From Chiloscyllium plagiosum (lineage: Eukaryota): a stretch of 64,000 nucleotides of DNA. The stretch's first letter is position 1. Each line of letters starts with the position of its first letter. The notes beneath the pieces are model-generated. The model was not told the DNA's origin. It made no database searches and was given only the letters and a program-made list of their open reading frames with translations. The DNA lies in assembly GCF_004010195.1 (NCBI RefSeq), contig NC_057719.1:85114558-85178557 (forward strand). Reading direction: 5' to 3'. The translations under genes and the position numbers were made by a program. This document shows, one piece after another, positions 25,140-37,729 of this stretch.

Positions 25140-27970
25140 CTACCTTCTTGCAGAAAGCCAGTTTCTAATCCAAACTGCTAGATCATCCTCAATCCCATGT
25201 CTCTGCATTTTCTCCAACATCCTACCATGTGGAACCTTATCAAAGGCTTTACTGAAGTCTATGTTCACCACGACAACTGCCCTACCCTCATCTACATGCT
25301 TGGTCACCTTCTCAAAAAACTCAATGAGGTTTGTGAGACTAGACCTGCCCTTGACAAAACCATGTTGACTATCTGAAATCAAACTGTTGTTCACTAGATG
25401 ATTATAAATCTTATCTCTTATAATCGTTGCCAAAACTTTTCCTACAACAGAAGTAAAGCTTACTGGTCTGTAATTACTTGGGTCATCTCTACTGCCCTTC
25501 TTGAACAAGGGTGCAACATTTGCAATTCTTTAGTCCTCTAATACTAAACCTGTAGACAATGACGACTTGTCTACTTTCACTCCTTCTATAATTGATAACA
25601 CCTCTTCCTTACTAACCTCTATCCTTTCTAGTCAAATATCTTAAATCTCATTCTTCTCCTCTACAGGATCCACACACAACTTCCCACTTCTGTCTTTAAC
25701 TGGCGCTATTTCTACCTTAGTCTCCTTTAATTCCTCAGATACCGATAATAAGCTTTACGGTTCTCCTTTATTCTACCTGCTAAAGACTGCTCATGTCCTC
25801 CCTTTGCTCTTCTTAACTGTCTCTTTAAATCCTTCCTAGCTAATCCGTAACTCTCCATCGCCTCATCTGAATCATCTTGTGTCATCAACACATAAGCCTC
25901 CTTCTTCCGCCTAACAAGGGATGCAATTTCTGTAGTAAACCATGGTTCCCTTACCTTATCGCTTCCTCCCTGCTTGACACGGACATACTTATCAAGGACA
26001 CTCAATATCTGTTCCTTAAACAACTTCACATTTCAATTGCCCCATCCCCTTCATTTTGCTACCCCATTCTATGCATCATAAGTCTTGCCTAATCACATTA
26101 TAATTGCGCTTGCCCCGTCGATAACTCTTGCCCTGTGGCATGTACCTATCCCTTTCCATCGCTAAACTAAGTGTAACTGAATTATGGTCACTCTCTCCAA
26201 AGTGCTCGTCTACCACTAAATCAAACACCTGGCCTGGTTCATTACCAATCACTAGATCCAGTGTGGCCTCCTCTCTTGTCGGCCCTTCGTCATACTGTGT
26301 CAGGAAACCCTCCTGCACACATTGGATAAAAACTGATCCATCCGACGTACTAGAGTGATAGCATTTCCAGTCAATGTTAGGGAAGTTAAAGTCCCCCATA
26401 ATGATCACCTTATTCCTTTCACTCCTACCCAGAATCATTTTGCCAATCCTCTCCTCCACCTCCCTGGAACTCTGCAGAGGTCTATAAAAAAACACCCAGC
26501 AGTGTGACCTCTCCTCTCCCGTTTCTAACCTCAACCCATACTAGCTCAGCAGACAAGTCCTCGTCAAAAGTTCTTTCAGCTACCGTTATACTATCCTTGA
26601 CTAACAAGGCCACCTCCTCCTCGTTTACCACCTTGCCTGCTCTTAAACCCTGGAACCTACAACATCCATTCCTCACTTTGCTCTATCAATGTCTCCAAAA
26701 TGGCCACAACATTGAAGTCCAGGTACCTATCAATGCTGCAAGCTCACCTACCTTATTTCGGATACTTCTGGCATTGAAGGAGACACACTTCAAACCAACT
26801 TGCTGTCTGCCAACACATTCCTGTAACCGTGAAATCATGACCATGCCCTCCCTACTCGCATCCTCCTCTGCGGTGGAACTACATCTCAGGTTCACATCCC
26901 CTTGCTGAGCTAATTTAAACCCATCCGAATAGCACCAGCTAATGTCCCACCCAGGATATTAGTACCCCTCTGGTTCAAGTGAAGACCGTCTGTAGAGGTC
27001 CCACCTTCCCCAGAATGAGCCCCAATTACCCAAGTACCTGAAACGCTCCCTCCTGTACCATCCCTGCAGCCACGTGTTCAGCTGATATCTCTTCCAATTC
27101 CTTGCCTCGCTATCATGTGGTGCAGGTAACAAACCAGAGATAACAACTCTGTTTGTTTTAGCTCTCAGCTTCCATCTTAGCTCCCTGCAATCCTGCCTTA
27201 CATCCCTATCCCTCTTTCTGCCTATGTCGTGGTACCTACGTGGACCACAACTTGGGGCTGGTCACCCTCTGCCTTCAGGATCCCAAAACCATAATCTGAG
27301 ACATCATGAACCCTGGCACCTGGGAGGCAACACACTGACCGTGAGTGTCATTCGTTCCCAACAAACCTTCTATCTGACCCTCTAACTGTTCAGTCCCCAA
27401 TGACTAACACTGTCCTCCTTTCCCTCTTTCCCTTCAGTGCAACAGGGACATACTCTGTGCCAGAGACCTGGACCCCACTGCATACCCATAGTAAATCATC
27501 CCCCCAAACAGTATCCAAAACGGTATACATGTTTTTCAGGGGAATGACCACAGTCCACTGACTGTTTTTCCCCCTTCAAACAGTTACCCAGCTTTCTTCG
27601 TACCTTGGAGTAAATGCTTCCCTGTAACTCTTATTTATCGCAGTTTCTGCCACCCGAATGATCCAAAGTTCATCCAGCTCCCGCTCGAGTTCCCTAACAC
27701 AGTCTTGGAGGAGCAAGAGTTGGGTGCACTTCCCACAGATGTACTTGGATGAGACACTAATGGCACCCCTCACCTCAAACATCATGCAGGAGGAACATTC
27801 CTCTCCTTGCACTGCCATCCCTGGTAGTCTCCTCATTAGAAAGTAAAAAAGAAGAGAAGCTTACCTGATGTGTTTAAGGTTAGAGGAGGTGGTTGGGTGG
27901 GAGGCCGTACAAAGTTAGGGTCTCGGGTTTAGAAAACACTCTCTTATATAGCTAGATGGAAATAAGCAGC
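25140..27970 (-). mobile_element. CR1 LINE retaining 5'UTR, ORF1 (Zn finger/leucine zipper + SGNH esterase) and ORF2 N-terminal half; 3' end missing
   Basis: ORF1 CSSCMMFEV...YICGKCTQLLLLQDCVRELERELDEL, and esterase-like CCLPGARVHDVS / VVVHVGT; ORF2 CVSFNARSIRNKVGEL, IIMGDFNFPNIDW, NYRPVSFTSVVGK, DFSKAFDKVPH. Multiple stops and frameshifts. Confidence 0.93.
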
Positions 27971-27974
27971 CTCC

Positions 27975-28500
27975 TGTGCAGCACCATGTCAAAGGCTTTC
28001 TGGATATTCAAACAGATTATGTCCACTGGCTCTCCTTTAACTTGCTCATTACCTCCTCAAAAAGTTCTAACAGATTTGTCAGGCATAATCTCCCTGTGAC
28101 AAAGCTGTATTGGTTCAACCCTATGTTACCATGCACTTCCAAGTATTCCACAATTTCATCATTAACAATGTACTCTAAAATCTTACCAACAACTGAGATC
28201 ATGCCTATAATTTTCTGTCCTCTGCTTTCCTCCCTTCTTAAACAGAGGTGTTACATTAGCCATTTTCCAGTCCTCAAGGACACTCCCTGACTCCAGTGAT
28301 TCTTAAAAGATCACCACCAATGCCTCCACAACCTCAACTATCGCTTTCAGAACCCTGGAGTGTGGTTCAGCGATCAGGGCAATTCATCCATCTTTAGATC
28401 TTTCAGCTCACCAGTGGCTTCTCCTTAGAGATGGTCACTGCACTGACCCCTGACTCTCTTGAGTCATCTGGTATCTTACCTGTTGTCTTCTGTCATGAAT
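27975..28500 (-). mobile_element. CR1 RT fragment (separate copy)
   Basis: ORF 28017-28202 ISVVGKILEYIVNDEI...CLTNLLELFEEV. Confidence 0.85.
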
Positions 28501-28939
28501 GCTACACCAAGATCCCACATAAATACAAGGACCTTGATTCAAAAATAATTACAACATAAGCACCTTAATAAGAACCAACTTTGTTTTATACAGCAAAGAC
28601 ATAAAACAAAATTTCCCAACATAAGCTATTCTCTCATACTTTTGAAGAAATTCAAATCTTGAATCATTAGAATTTTCGTGAAAATTATACTGCCTTATGG
28701 AAATTGACCCATTTCAGTCTAATAATTTTGCAATATATATCCTGTTCTGACAAAGGAAGATTACATCTTCCTGGATTTCTCACTGTAATGCCACTGCAAT
28801 GCAAAAGACAGGGCTAAAGCATTTGCGACCATCTACAGTCAGAACTGCTGAGTACATAATCCACCTCAGCCTCCTCTTAAATTGCCCACTATCATATCAT
28901 CAGATTCACTTCACTTCACTTCACATAATTCTAAGAAAT

Positions 28940-29335
28940 GGCTGACAGCAGGGGTTACTGCAAAAGCTACAGGACTGTGACAATACCTCAATTGCAACAC
29001 TGAAGATAAATGGTCCATAATTAGACAATTAGTTCCAGTCATATTGCAACATTGACATCTACCAGACAATGTGGAAAATTAGCCTACAATGACTGCCGAT
29101 TCAATGACATTAGATTCACACTTGATTGAGTATGGCATCAAGGAATCCTTGTAAAATTTAAGACAACAGAAAATAATCCATTGCTTGGATTTCTATCTTG
29201 CACAAAAATAAGACAGTTTGGCTGTTTAAAGTCAATCATCTCAGCCTCAGACAGCATTGTAGGACATCAGGGTAGCATCCTAACCTGAATACTCGTCAAC
29301 AGTTTTATCAATAATCTTGTGCCAACACAAGATCA
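28940..29335 (+). mobile_element. Highly decayed LINE family B RT fragment
   Basis: acattgacatctaccagacaatgtggaaaatt; gagtatggcatcaaggaatcc; homologous to 39100-39380 (minus). Confidence 0.6.
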
Positions 29336-29568
29336 GAGAGGTTGGATTCTATCATTTACACCATGGAAATGGTGAGCAACTCCATGCCAGATTAATCCAT
29401 AATGGCACTGTTTAGCTTCCACTGCAGCACAGGTGTAGTCTGCTGTGTACATGATTGAAGCACCAATGGAGGTTATGAAATCCCTGCCTCTTGGAATTAA
29501 CCACTCAGGGTACTGATATTCAGTCTCAGTTTTCATCATGGATATAGAACCCGATGATCTAGAAATAT

Positions 29569-29896
29569 GATTAGATTAGATTCCATACAGTCTGGAAACA
29601 GACCCTTCGGCCCAACAAGTCCACACCAACCCTCTGAAGACCAACCCACCCAGAACCATTCCCCTATATTTACCGCTGACTAATGCACCTAACACTACGG
29701 GCAATTTAGCATGGCCAATTCACCTGACCTGCACATCTTTGGACTATGGGAGGAAACCGGAGCACCCGGAGGAAACCCACACAGACACAGGGAAAATATG
29801 CAAACTCCACACAGACAGTTGCCCGAGGCAGGAATTGAACTCAGGTCCCGGTGTTGTGAGGCAGCAGTGCTAACCACTGAGCCACTGTGCCGCCCC
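29569..29896 (-). mobile_element. V-SINE (HE1-like), full length
   Basis: Minus strand: ggggcggcacagtggctcagtggttagcactgctgcctc (A box), agttcaattcc (B box), V domain tgtgtggagtttgc...gggtttcctccgggtgctccggtttcctccca, CR1-like tail and (aatct)n. Confidence 0.93.
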
Positions 29897-29925
29897 AAAA
29901 AGATTCAAAGAGTTTTAGTGACAGG

Positions 29926-30215
29926 TTAGATTCCCTACATTATGTAAACAGGCCTTTCAGCCCAATAAGTCCACACTGACCCTCCGAAGAGTAACCCATG
30001 CAGACCCATTCCCTTACCCTATATTTACTCCTGACTAATGCACCTAACACTATGGGCAACTTAGCATGGCCAATTCGCCTCACTTGCACATATTTGGATT
30101 GGATTGTGGGAGGAAACTGAAGCACTCGGAGTAAACCCACACAGTCACCCAAGGTGAGAATTGAACCCATGTCTCTGGCGCCGTGAGGCAGCAGTGCTAA
30201 CCACTGAGCCACCCC
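29926..30215 (-). mobile_element. V-SINE (HE1-like), second tandem copy with an internal deletion
   Basis: Same head, V domain and tail as 29569-29896. Confidence 0.92.
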
Positions 30216-30494
30216 ATACAGGCTCTTGTAGCAGCCTGGTATCCCAAGTGGATGAGAAATACTAAGGTGCCAACATGTGGAAAGGACAGAGACACTGTAA
30301 AACACAAATCTGCTGTCCTCTCTCAAGTGCCCTTGCTGTTGCCTCTCTGATAACCAGTCCAGACTGCTATCAACTATGATGGAATGGCACTCCACTCTCT
30401 TCTGTCCTGTTGCATGCCCTTGCCCCACCCTCCTCCTCTTTCTCTTCCTCCTGCAGTGGCAATGGCAGGAGTTGGGCACTCAATGCTGATTTCT

Positions 30495-31145
30495 ATTCAT
30501 TCATGGGATGTTGGCATTACTGATTGGGCCATTACTGGATAGGCTGGGCTGCCCATCTCTAGCTATCCTTGAGAAGATAGTGGTTAGCTGTCCTCTTGAA
30601 TCACAGCAGTCCATTTGGTCTAGATAGTAGTGGTCGTGCGAGTGGAAGGTGTTGTCCAAAGAACTTTGATGACTTTCTGCGGTGGTGGGAGTGAACGTTT
30701 GTGGATGTGGTGCAAATTAGGTGTGCTGTTTTGCCCTGGATAGTGTGAATTTTCTCAAGTTTTGTCAAGTGTCAAGTGTTGTTGGAGCTGCACTCACCCA
30801 GTCAATTAGGAAGTATTCCATTCCACTGCTGACTTGTATCTTGTAGATGATGGACAGGCATTGGTGAGTCAGAAGATGAGTCACTGTTGCAGAATTCATA
30901 ACTTCTAACCTGTTGTTCTTGGCACCAGATTAATACGACTAGTCCAGTCAATTTCTGATCAATGGTAACCACCAGCATGTTCAAAATGGGGGAATTCAAT
31001 GATGGCAATGCCATGAAACGTTGAAGACATTGCTAAGATTCTTTTTTCTTCGAGATGGCCCTTGCGTGGTACTTGTGTGGCACAAATGTCACCTGGATTT
31101 TGCCCCAAGTCTTGCTGCATTTGGATATGGACTTCTTCAGTAGAT
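30495..31145 (-). mobile_element. LINE family B 3' end
   Basis: ORFs IQMQQDL and LVVTIDQKL; tail cccatgaatgaata on the minus strand. Confidence 0.8.
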
Positions 31146-33014
31146 GGCACTGCATCACAATGATGGAGACATGTTCAGATTTGTCCTGTAGTTATCCACT
31201 CTTTCCTTCTCAGATATCTTTCTTTTTACATAATAGCTTGCCCCATGGCTCTCAGTAAAAGTCACTGACCTCCTTTTGGGATGAGTGAAAGAGTTGATAT
31301 TCAAGATGTGGGTGGGGCATCAACTGTCAGCAAGCATACTATCTGTTGTCTACCTTATGGGCCCAAATTAGCTACTGCAAAATAGTGTGAATTAACATCC
31401 CAGTACCATGTCAGTGTGCATTCACTGAAGTGAACCTCTTGTTTCTGTGTCACATTCAAACTATAAATTGACTTTAGTGATAGCCCCTGCAATTGTAGTA
31501 TTTCTCCCTGTTCACTTGAAAGGCCCTGCACAATCATGTATATCCATTTGAGAACAACCTGAATAACTAGAGTATCAAGTATCCTGGTGAAGATACACGA
31601 ACTTTCATCCTCGCTTTCCTTCCTCAGGTGGATGATGAAGAGGTACCCTCTCTTGTAAAGTGTCTCTGTACCTCTTAAATATTTAAATGGGCAGCAAGTT
31701 ATGACAAATTGCTAATATAATCAGCTCTTGCCTGCAAAACTGTAGTTACAAAGAATCAAAAGGACAATGGTGTTCTTCACAGCCACTGACAAAGGTGTCC
31801 TGGCTTTGATTTGCAACGAAGGCCTTTGTGAAGGAGCTGAAACAACTCAGTTATTACATTCCTAGTAAAACAAAGTCTCTGGAGGCATTACTTCCAGGTC
31901 ATCCCAACATATTGCTGGTGCTTCTCGAAGATGGTCTCAAGATAGGTACTTCTTTCTGTTCCCTCTTCACAGAGGTCTCCTCTCTGCTTCCTCCTCCATG
32001 TCCTGCTCATGACATAGAACAAGTAATAGCGATTACTGTCTCTTAAGGCAAGGTAATTCTGTCTTTTTATAGTCAGCATTACCTTTCAAACTTCTCCAGC
32101 ATTGCACATAGTGCTTCCACCAAATTTGCCTGAGTATAATTAAGTCAAAAGCAGCTTAGCTTCAACTTGTTCAAGAGTCCAGATCATGGTCAATTTTCTT
32201 TGGGAAATGAATAAGAATGGCAATCGTTGCAGCATCACAATTTTGATCTTTCAACTTCCTCAGGAACCTGCAAAGTATACTCATATGGATATCAATCAAG
32301 TTTCTTTTGATGGATAGGTGGTGACCAGTGGTACACTAACTCCTCAGCAACATACGAATTTTACAGCTCTAAAATCTATCCTCGGCCTTCTTGTATGGAT
32401 ACAGTCTCAACCCTCCAGGAACAAGCCCCTCAAAAGACACTTCCACTATTTGATAAGATCATGACTGATCTGTGACTTAACTTCTTCAATCTAAATTTGC
32501 CTTTTTTTGTAATGCCTTTATTTTCAAAAATCTACTAACTTTTAATTTAAATTTAACAACTGTCCTGGTATTGTTTGCTTTTTGTAGTAAAGAGTTCCAA
32601 GCTTCTTCCAAACTTAATCTGTAGGATTGTTTACTAACTCCCTGAAAAACCTAGCTCCAAATTTTAGACCTTACTTCTGAATGTTCCAAAATTACTGTAT
32701 AATTAACTTACCCATCTATTCCTTTTAATATCTTTAATCCAACTGGCAAAATTTTGTCTGTCCAATTCATCTCTTTTCAATTTTATGTCTTCATCGACTA
32801 TTCTCAAAGTTGCTTACCTTTCTGTCACCCATAAATCATAACTAATGTGAATGTTGGAAATCTGAAATAAACCAGAGTGCTGGAAATATTCAGCAGGTTT
32901 GGTTATATTTGTACAGAGAGAAAATAGACTTGGCAGGTTAAATCTTGTAAGTTTGGCAGGTGTCTTGTGCACCACCTGAAAAAGGGGCGAGACAAAACCT
33001 GCTGAGGAAATTCT

Positions 33015-33490
33015 GTTCACAAGAATGATCCCAGGAATGAAAGGCTTAAAAATATGAGAAATGTTTGAGGACTCTGGGACTATACTTGATGGAATTTAGA
33101 AGGATGAGGGGGGGATCTGATTAAAACTCTCAAAATACTGAATGCCTTGGATAGAGTGGACATTAGGAAGACTTTTCCATTGGCAGGAGAGATGAGGACC
33201 CGCGGGCACAGTCTTAGAGTAAAGGGAAGACCCTTTAGAATGGAGATAAGGAGAAACTTCTTTAGTCAGAGAGTGGTGAATCTATGGAATTGATTGCCAC
33301 CGAAGGCTGTAGAGGTCAGGCCATTAAGCATATTTACAAGAGAGGGAGATATGTTCTTGATTGCCAAGGGGATCAAGAGTTATGGGGAAAAAGCAGGAAA
33401 ATGGGATTGAAAAACCTATCAGCCATGATTGAATGGTGAAGCAGTCTCAATGGGTCGAATAGCCTAATTTTTGCTCCTTGACCTTATGGA
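33015..33490 (+). mobile_element. CR1 3' fragment
   Basis: ttcacaagaatgatcccaggaatgaaagg...cagagagtggtgaatctatggaatt. Confidence 0.88.
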
Positions 33491-33644
33491 ATTTCAGCAC
33501 TTCCTGATTTTATTTATATTATAATTATCTCAGCATCTTTGTTATAACTGTGTGCAGTTTCTCATGTATTGGTGGCCGAAGGGCCTGTTTCCATACTGTA
33601 GGGAATCTAATGTAATCTAATCTACTTGGAATCATTCTGTTTTT

Positions 33645-33855
33645 TAGAGTCACAGAGATGTACAGCAATGGAAACAGACTCTTCGATCCAACCCATCCAT
33701 GCCGACCAGATATCTCAACCCAATCTAGTCCCACCTGCCAGCAGCTGGCCCATATCCCTCCAAACCCTTCCTATTCATATATCCATCCAAATGCTTTTTA
33801 AATGTTGCAATTGTACCAGTCTCCACCACTTCCTCTGGCAGCTCATTCCATACAC
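33645..33855 (-). mobile_element. CR1 3' end fragment
   Basis: agagtcacagagatgtacagc...ctctggcagctcattccatac; reverse complement of the 2640-2816 family. Confidence 0.88.
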
Positions 33856-35604
33856 GGGATGGGTTCTAGCTCTGTCCTGCTGATGTTGAAATGCGGAACC
33901 CAGCTAAAGCAATCCTCCTAGACAGCCACCATCTTGAATCTTCTGGCATCATTCTGATTAATCAACACTAACAAAGCACTTAGAAATTACTTAACGGTCT
34001 CAAACATACTTATCACTCTCTCATTTTCTCTCAATAGACCACACATTTGCAGCTCTATTCATCGTACATTCCACAGTGCATTTACATTTATTTCTCATGA
34101 AATGCATAAATATCATAATACTCCATTATGAATTGTCTTTGTCTGCCACATATTGCTAATCACCTTCTTAAATCTTTTGCAAAATGTTTTGCTGCTTGCC
34201 AACTTTTGAAATTATATTCCCACAGACCCCTGACATAGGGAGCACAGAGAGACATGATGCAAGGTCATTCTGCAAAGTAGAATTGTGCTGGTAACTTAAT
34301 TTTTATTATCCCACATGTGTTTGAATATTTAATTCAATTGTGGATTCTAAGAACTTTGTGATTCTTGATACGCTAACTTTTCAGGATGGGAAGCAAACAG
34401 AGAGCAATAATGCCCTAATTTAAGCACATGGTTGTCACATATTGTCAGGACAATATATTTCTTACTTCTGCAAAGCAAGACATCTTTGAAATTCTAATCT
34501 AACTCACCATCATTGCTAAGACAGTTAAGATAAATTTTCATCTTAACAATTTGGGTGGAACAGATGACCAAAACTTTATAGGTCCCAGATGATTTCAGTG
34601 GGAGGAATATAGGGTGGATTCTAATCAAAAGTTACGATCCATTTTCTCAGGTTGCCACTCAGAAGTGAAGGTGAAAATCCAGTTTTAATGTATTATCCAT
34701 TGCATCTCCCAAGTTCAATTTTAAAGTGTAAAAAGGTCCTACAGAAGCATTATTAGATCCCAGCCTGTTAAATTCACATGCTGAACTTTGAGATTACACA
34801 AAAACCATCTGTGTACTATTTATGTCATTCATAAGGTTCCTTCAGAGACAAGATACATACCAACTGAAGGAAGTTTACTGTCCTCAGACAAAGCCAGCTA
34901 AGGAAGCAGTGTTCTGATTCAATCTACATATTTGACCTTTCACATTGTTTGGAAGGTTGCATTTTAACTTTTAGTAATGATTCTAGAGACAGACCAATTG
35001 TAATTGTTTTAATTTTTTAAACAACCAATTTGAGTTACTGACAGTTCAGCTATAGTTCCATTAACCAAATACAGCGAGGCTGACGTTCTACCTTTAGGAT
35101 ATTTAGTTGTTGTGGATCAACTGGACCTTATACTTACTATGTGCAACTTCCCTTTTATAATAAAAGGAAAGTCAACAAGTCAACTAATACTCATCCATTC
35201 ACAGACAATTCGAGTAAAGAAACATACAGAAATAATAGAGGCTTTTCACATCAGAATTTATTCAATTCTAGTACTTAAGTAAAGCTATCGGGAGCTAAGG
35301 GAATGCCTGATAGATCAATGAAATGCCGAATTATTGCGGGGTAGGGAGAGTCCCTATTCTGAATCCAGGAATAAACCTTACTCAGTTGAAGTCTGCTGTA
35401 ACTGGAGAAAACCTTTACACCACTGTGCATTCACAGTAGGAATGTTTTGTAATTCTGAAATCAAAAAGGGAAATAATCAATTAAAATAATCGATTTGCTA
35501 TGCAATTTTTCTCTATAATAATACAAATGATTGTTGTCTACTCGAACCTATTTTGTCCATTGTTAAATGGTTAACATTAAGTTCGTTACAAATTACTTGT
35601 CAAG

Positions 35605-36120
35605 TTCCAGCTGACATATTGTGTCCAGTTCTGGAATCACACTTTAGGAAGAATGTCATGGTCTTGGACAAACTGCAAGTGAAATTCACCAGATAATAAC
35701 AGGGATGAGGAACTTCAATTATGTGGAGAGACTAGAGAAGCTTTAGCTGTTCTCAGAAAGAGAAGGTTACGGTTAAATTTAATATAGGTGTTCAAAATCA
35801 TTAAAATTTCTGACAAAATAAGGAGAAAATATTTCCAATGGCCAAATGTTTAGTTTCATAAGTCACAGATTTAAGATAACTTGCAAAATAAACAGGATTG
35901 AATTCAGTACAGTAAGCTATAATAACACGGTGCGCATTGCTTGGAATGAGGTAGAAACACATTCAACAATAACTTTCAGAGGATAGAATATATATTTTGA
36001 AGGGAAGAAAAGAAAGGCTGTAACAAAGGTGAAAGAGAGGGGTTAATTAAATAGCTCTTTCAAGCTGCAACTGATGAAAGATTGGCTTCCTTCTGTGATG
36101 AATCATTCTATGATTCCATG
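35605..36120 (+). mobile_element. Old CR1 3' fragment
   Basis: tattgtgtccagttctgg...cactttaggaagaatgtc...cattctatgattccatga. Confidence 0.75.
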
Positions 36121-36733
36121 AAACAATCAGCATTGGAACTGCACAGATATGTCCAACAATTTTATGGTCAACTTATTACTGGGAAACGTGGGGCACAAAA
36201 GAAAGAGAAATAACAGGATCCCAATGAATCAGTCCAAACTCAAGTGCATCTGGAGTTACAACTCATCATAATTAAGGAAAGTCTTGATTTCATACTTAAG
36301 TTAGAAGTTACAGTTATGAAGCAACAGTAAAAAAAATCTAAACAGTCATGCATTTACACTTAAAAGGTTGCACTTTGGAACTGGAAGACTATGATAACCC
36401 TTCCACCTCATAGGTAAAATACATAAAGTAATTATAACAGAACAACTATTTTTTCATACACTATGATCTTGTAGATTCAAGTTTTCTGAAGCCCAGTCGT
36501 GCTGATTTTGGGTGTGTGGAGAGCATGACATTGAGGGTGATAGGGATATGAAATACAAGCAGTAAGTTTGGTAATACCTGCATGATGCTAACCTCATAAA
36601 CAGGAGCCAATTCAAAAGGTAGAAATGGAAAGTTTCTTTTCCAGGTTAAGCTTCTTGCTTATTTTATTTCAGAAAAGTGACATTTCAAGTTTACTGTGAA
36701 AAGTATGATAAAGGGTCAAAAAAAAAAAGCTCT

Positions 36734-37090
36734 TGGAGAGGCAATGGTCGACTCTTATTATCGCTAGACTATTGATCCAGAAACTCAGCTAATGTTCTGC
36801 GGACCCTAGTTCAAATTCCACTACAGCAGATGGTGGAATATGAATTCAAAGAAGGATCTGGAATTAAGAGTCTAATGATGACCATGAATCCACTGTCAAT
36901 AAATTGGAAAAATCATCTGGTTTGCTGGTGCCCGTTAGGGAAGGAAACTACCATTCTTACCTGGTCTGGCCTACAATGTAAATCCAGACCAACAGCAATG
37001 TTGTTGACTCTTAACTGCCCTCTGGGGCAATTAGGTCAATGAATGCTGGCCGAGCCAGAGAAACCCAGATCCCATGAATGAATAAAAAGG
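36734..37090 (+). mobile_element. tRNA-headed SINE family B, full length
   Basis: B box agttcaaattcc; body atctggaattaagagtctaatgatgacc...ttagggaaggaaac...ccttacctggtctggcctaca; tail gggcaattag...atcccatgaatgaataaaaag. Confidence 0.88.
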
Positions 37091-37214
37091 AAACTCATCA
37101 ACGTCCTGCTGTGACTTAAACTTAAAGTGGTGAAAATCAACGGTAACATAACAAGATAAACAATTTGCTTTAATTTAGAAGGTTCTTAGTATATTAAGAC
37201 ATTTCACAGCAGGA

Positions 37215-37625
37215 TGTCATCCATGAACATAGATGGAGGATTGGTTAACTGACAGGGAGCAGACTGGTGATATGTAGGGTATTTTTAAATCGATCGGTTG
37301 TGACCAGTAGAACACTGTAAGGTTCAGTTCTGGGGCCTCAGCTATTTACAACAACGTGGATTAAGAAACAAAGACATATGTATTAAAGTTTGATGCTGAT
37401 TCAAAGCAATGCAGGATTGTAACCTGTCAGTACATAAAGGTTGCAAAGAGATACACAGATTAAATAAGCGATGGCAGATGGCGATGGCACACTCCCCATT
37501 GGGCAGTGTGACATTTTTCACTTTGGTACTGTGAATAGAGAAACAGAAGGTGGAATTTTCCCAGTGTCTGAATGATGAACAATGGTGAGAACATTCAGTA
37601 GACATACCAGGAATGGAAAAGTGAG
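37215..37625 (+). mobile_element. Old CR1 RT fragment
   Basis: ggttcagttctggggcctcagctatttacaac; aagtttgatgctgattcaaag. Confidence 0.6.
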
Positions 37626-37729
37626 ATCATTAATAGAGGGAAAAAAAGCCCTATTATGCCCTCAAAGTTTTAACAATTCAGATGAGAACCAGTGAAGGCC
37701 CTATTTGCATACAATAACATCTCATTATT

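Noticed and set aside
29940..30479. 179-aa ORF as a host gene
   Set aside because: Runs through a V-SINE and low-complexity sequence; no recognisable domain.
31540..32400. Coding-like sequence possibly from an old retroelement
   Set aside because: No diagnostic motif could be assembled in any frame; left unassigned.
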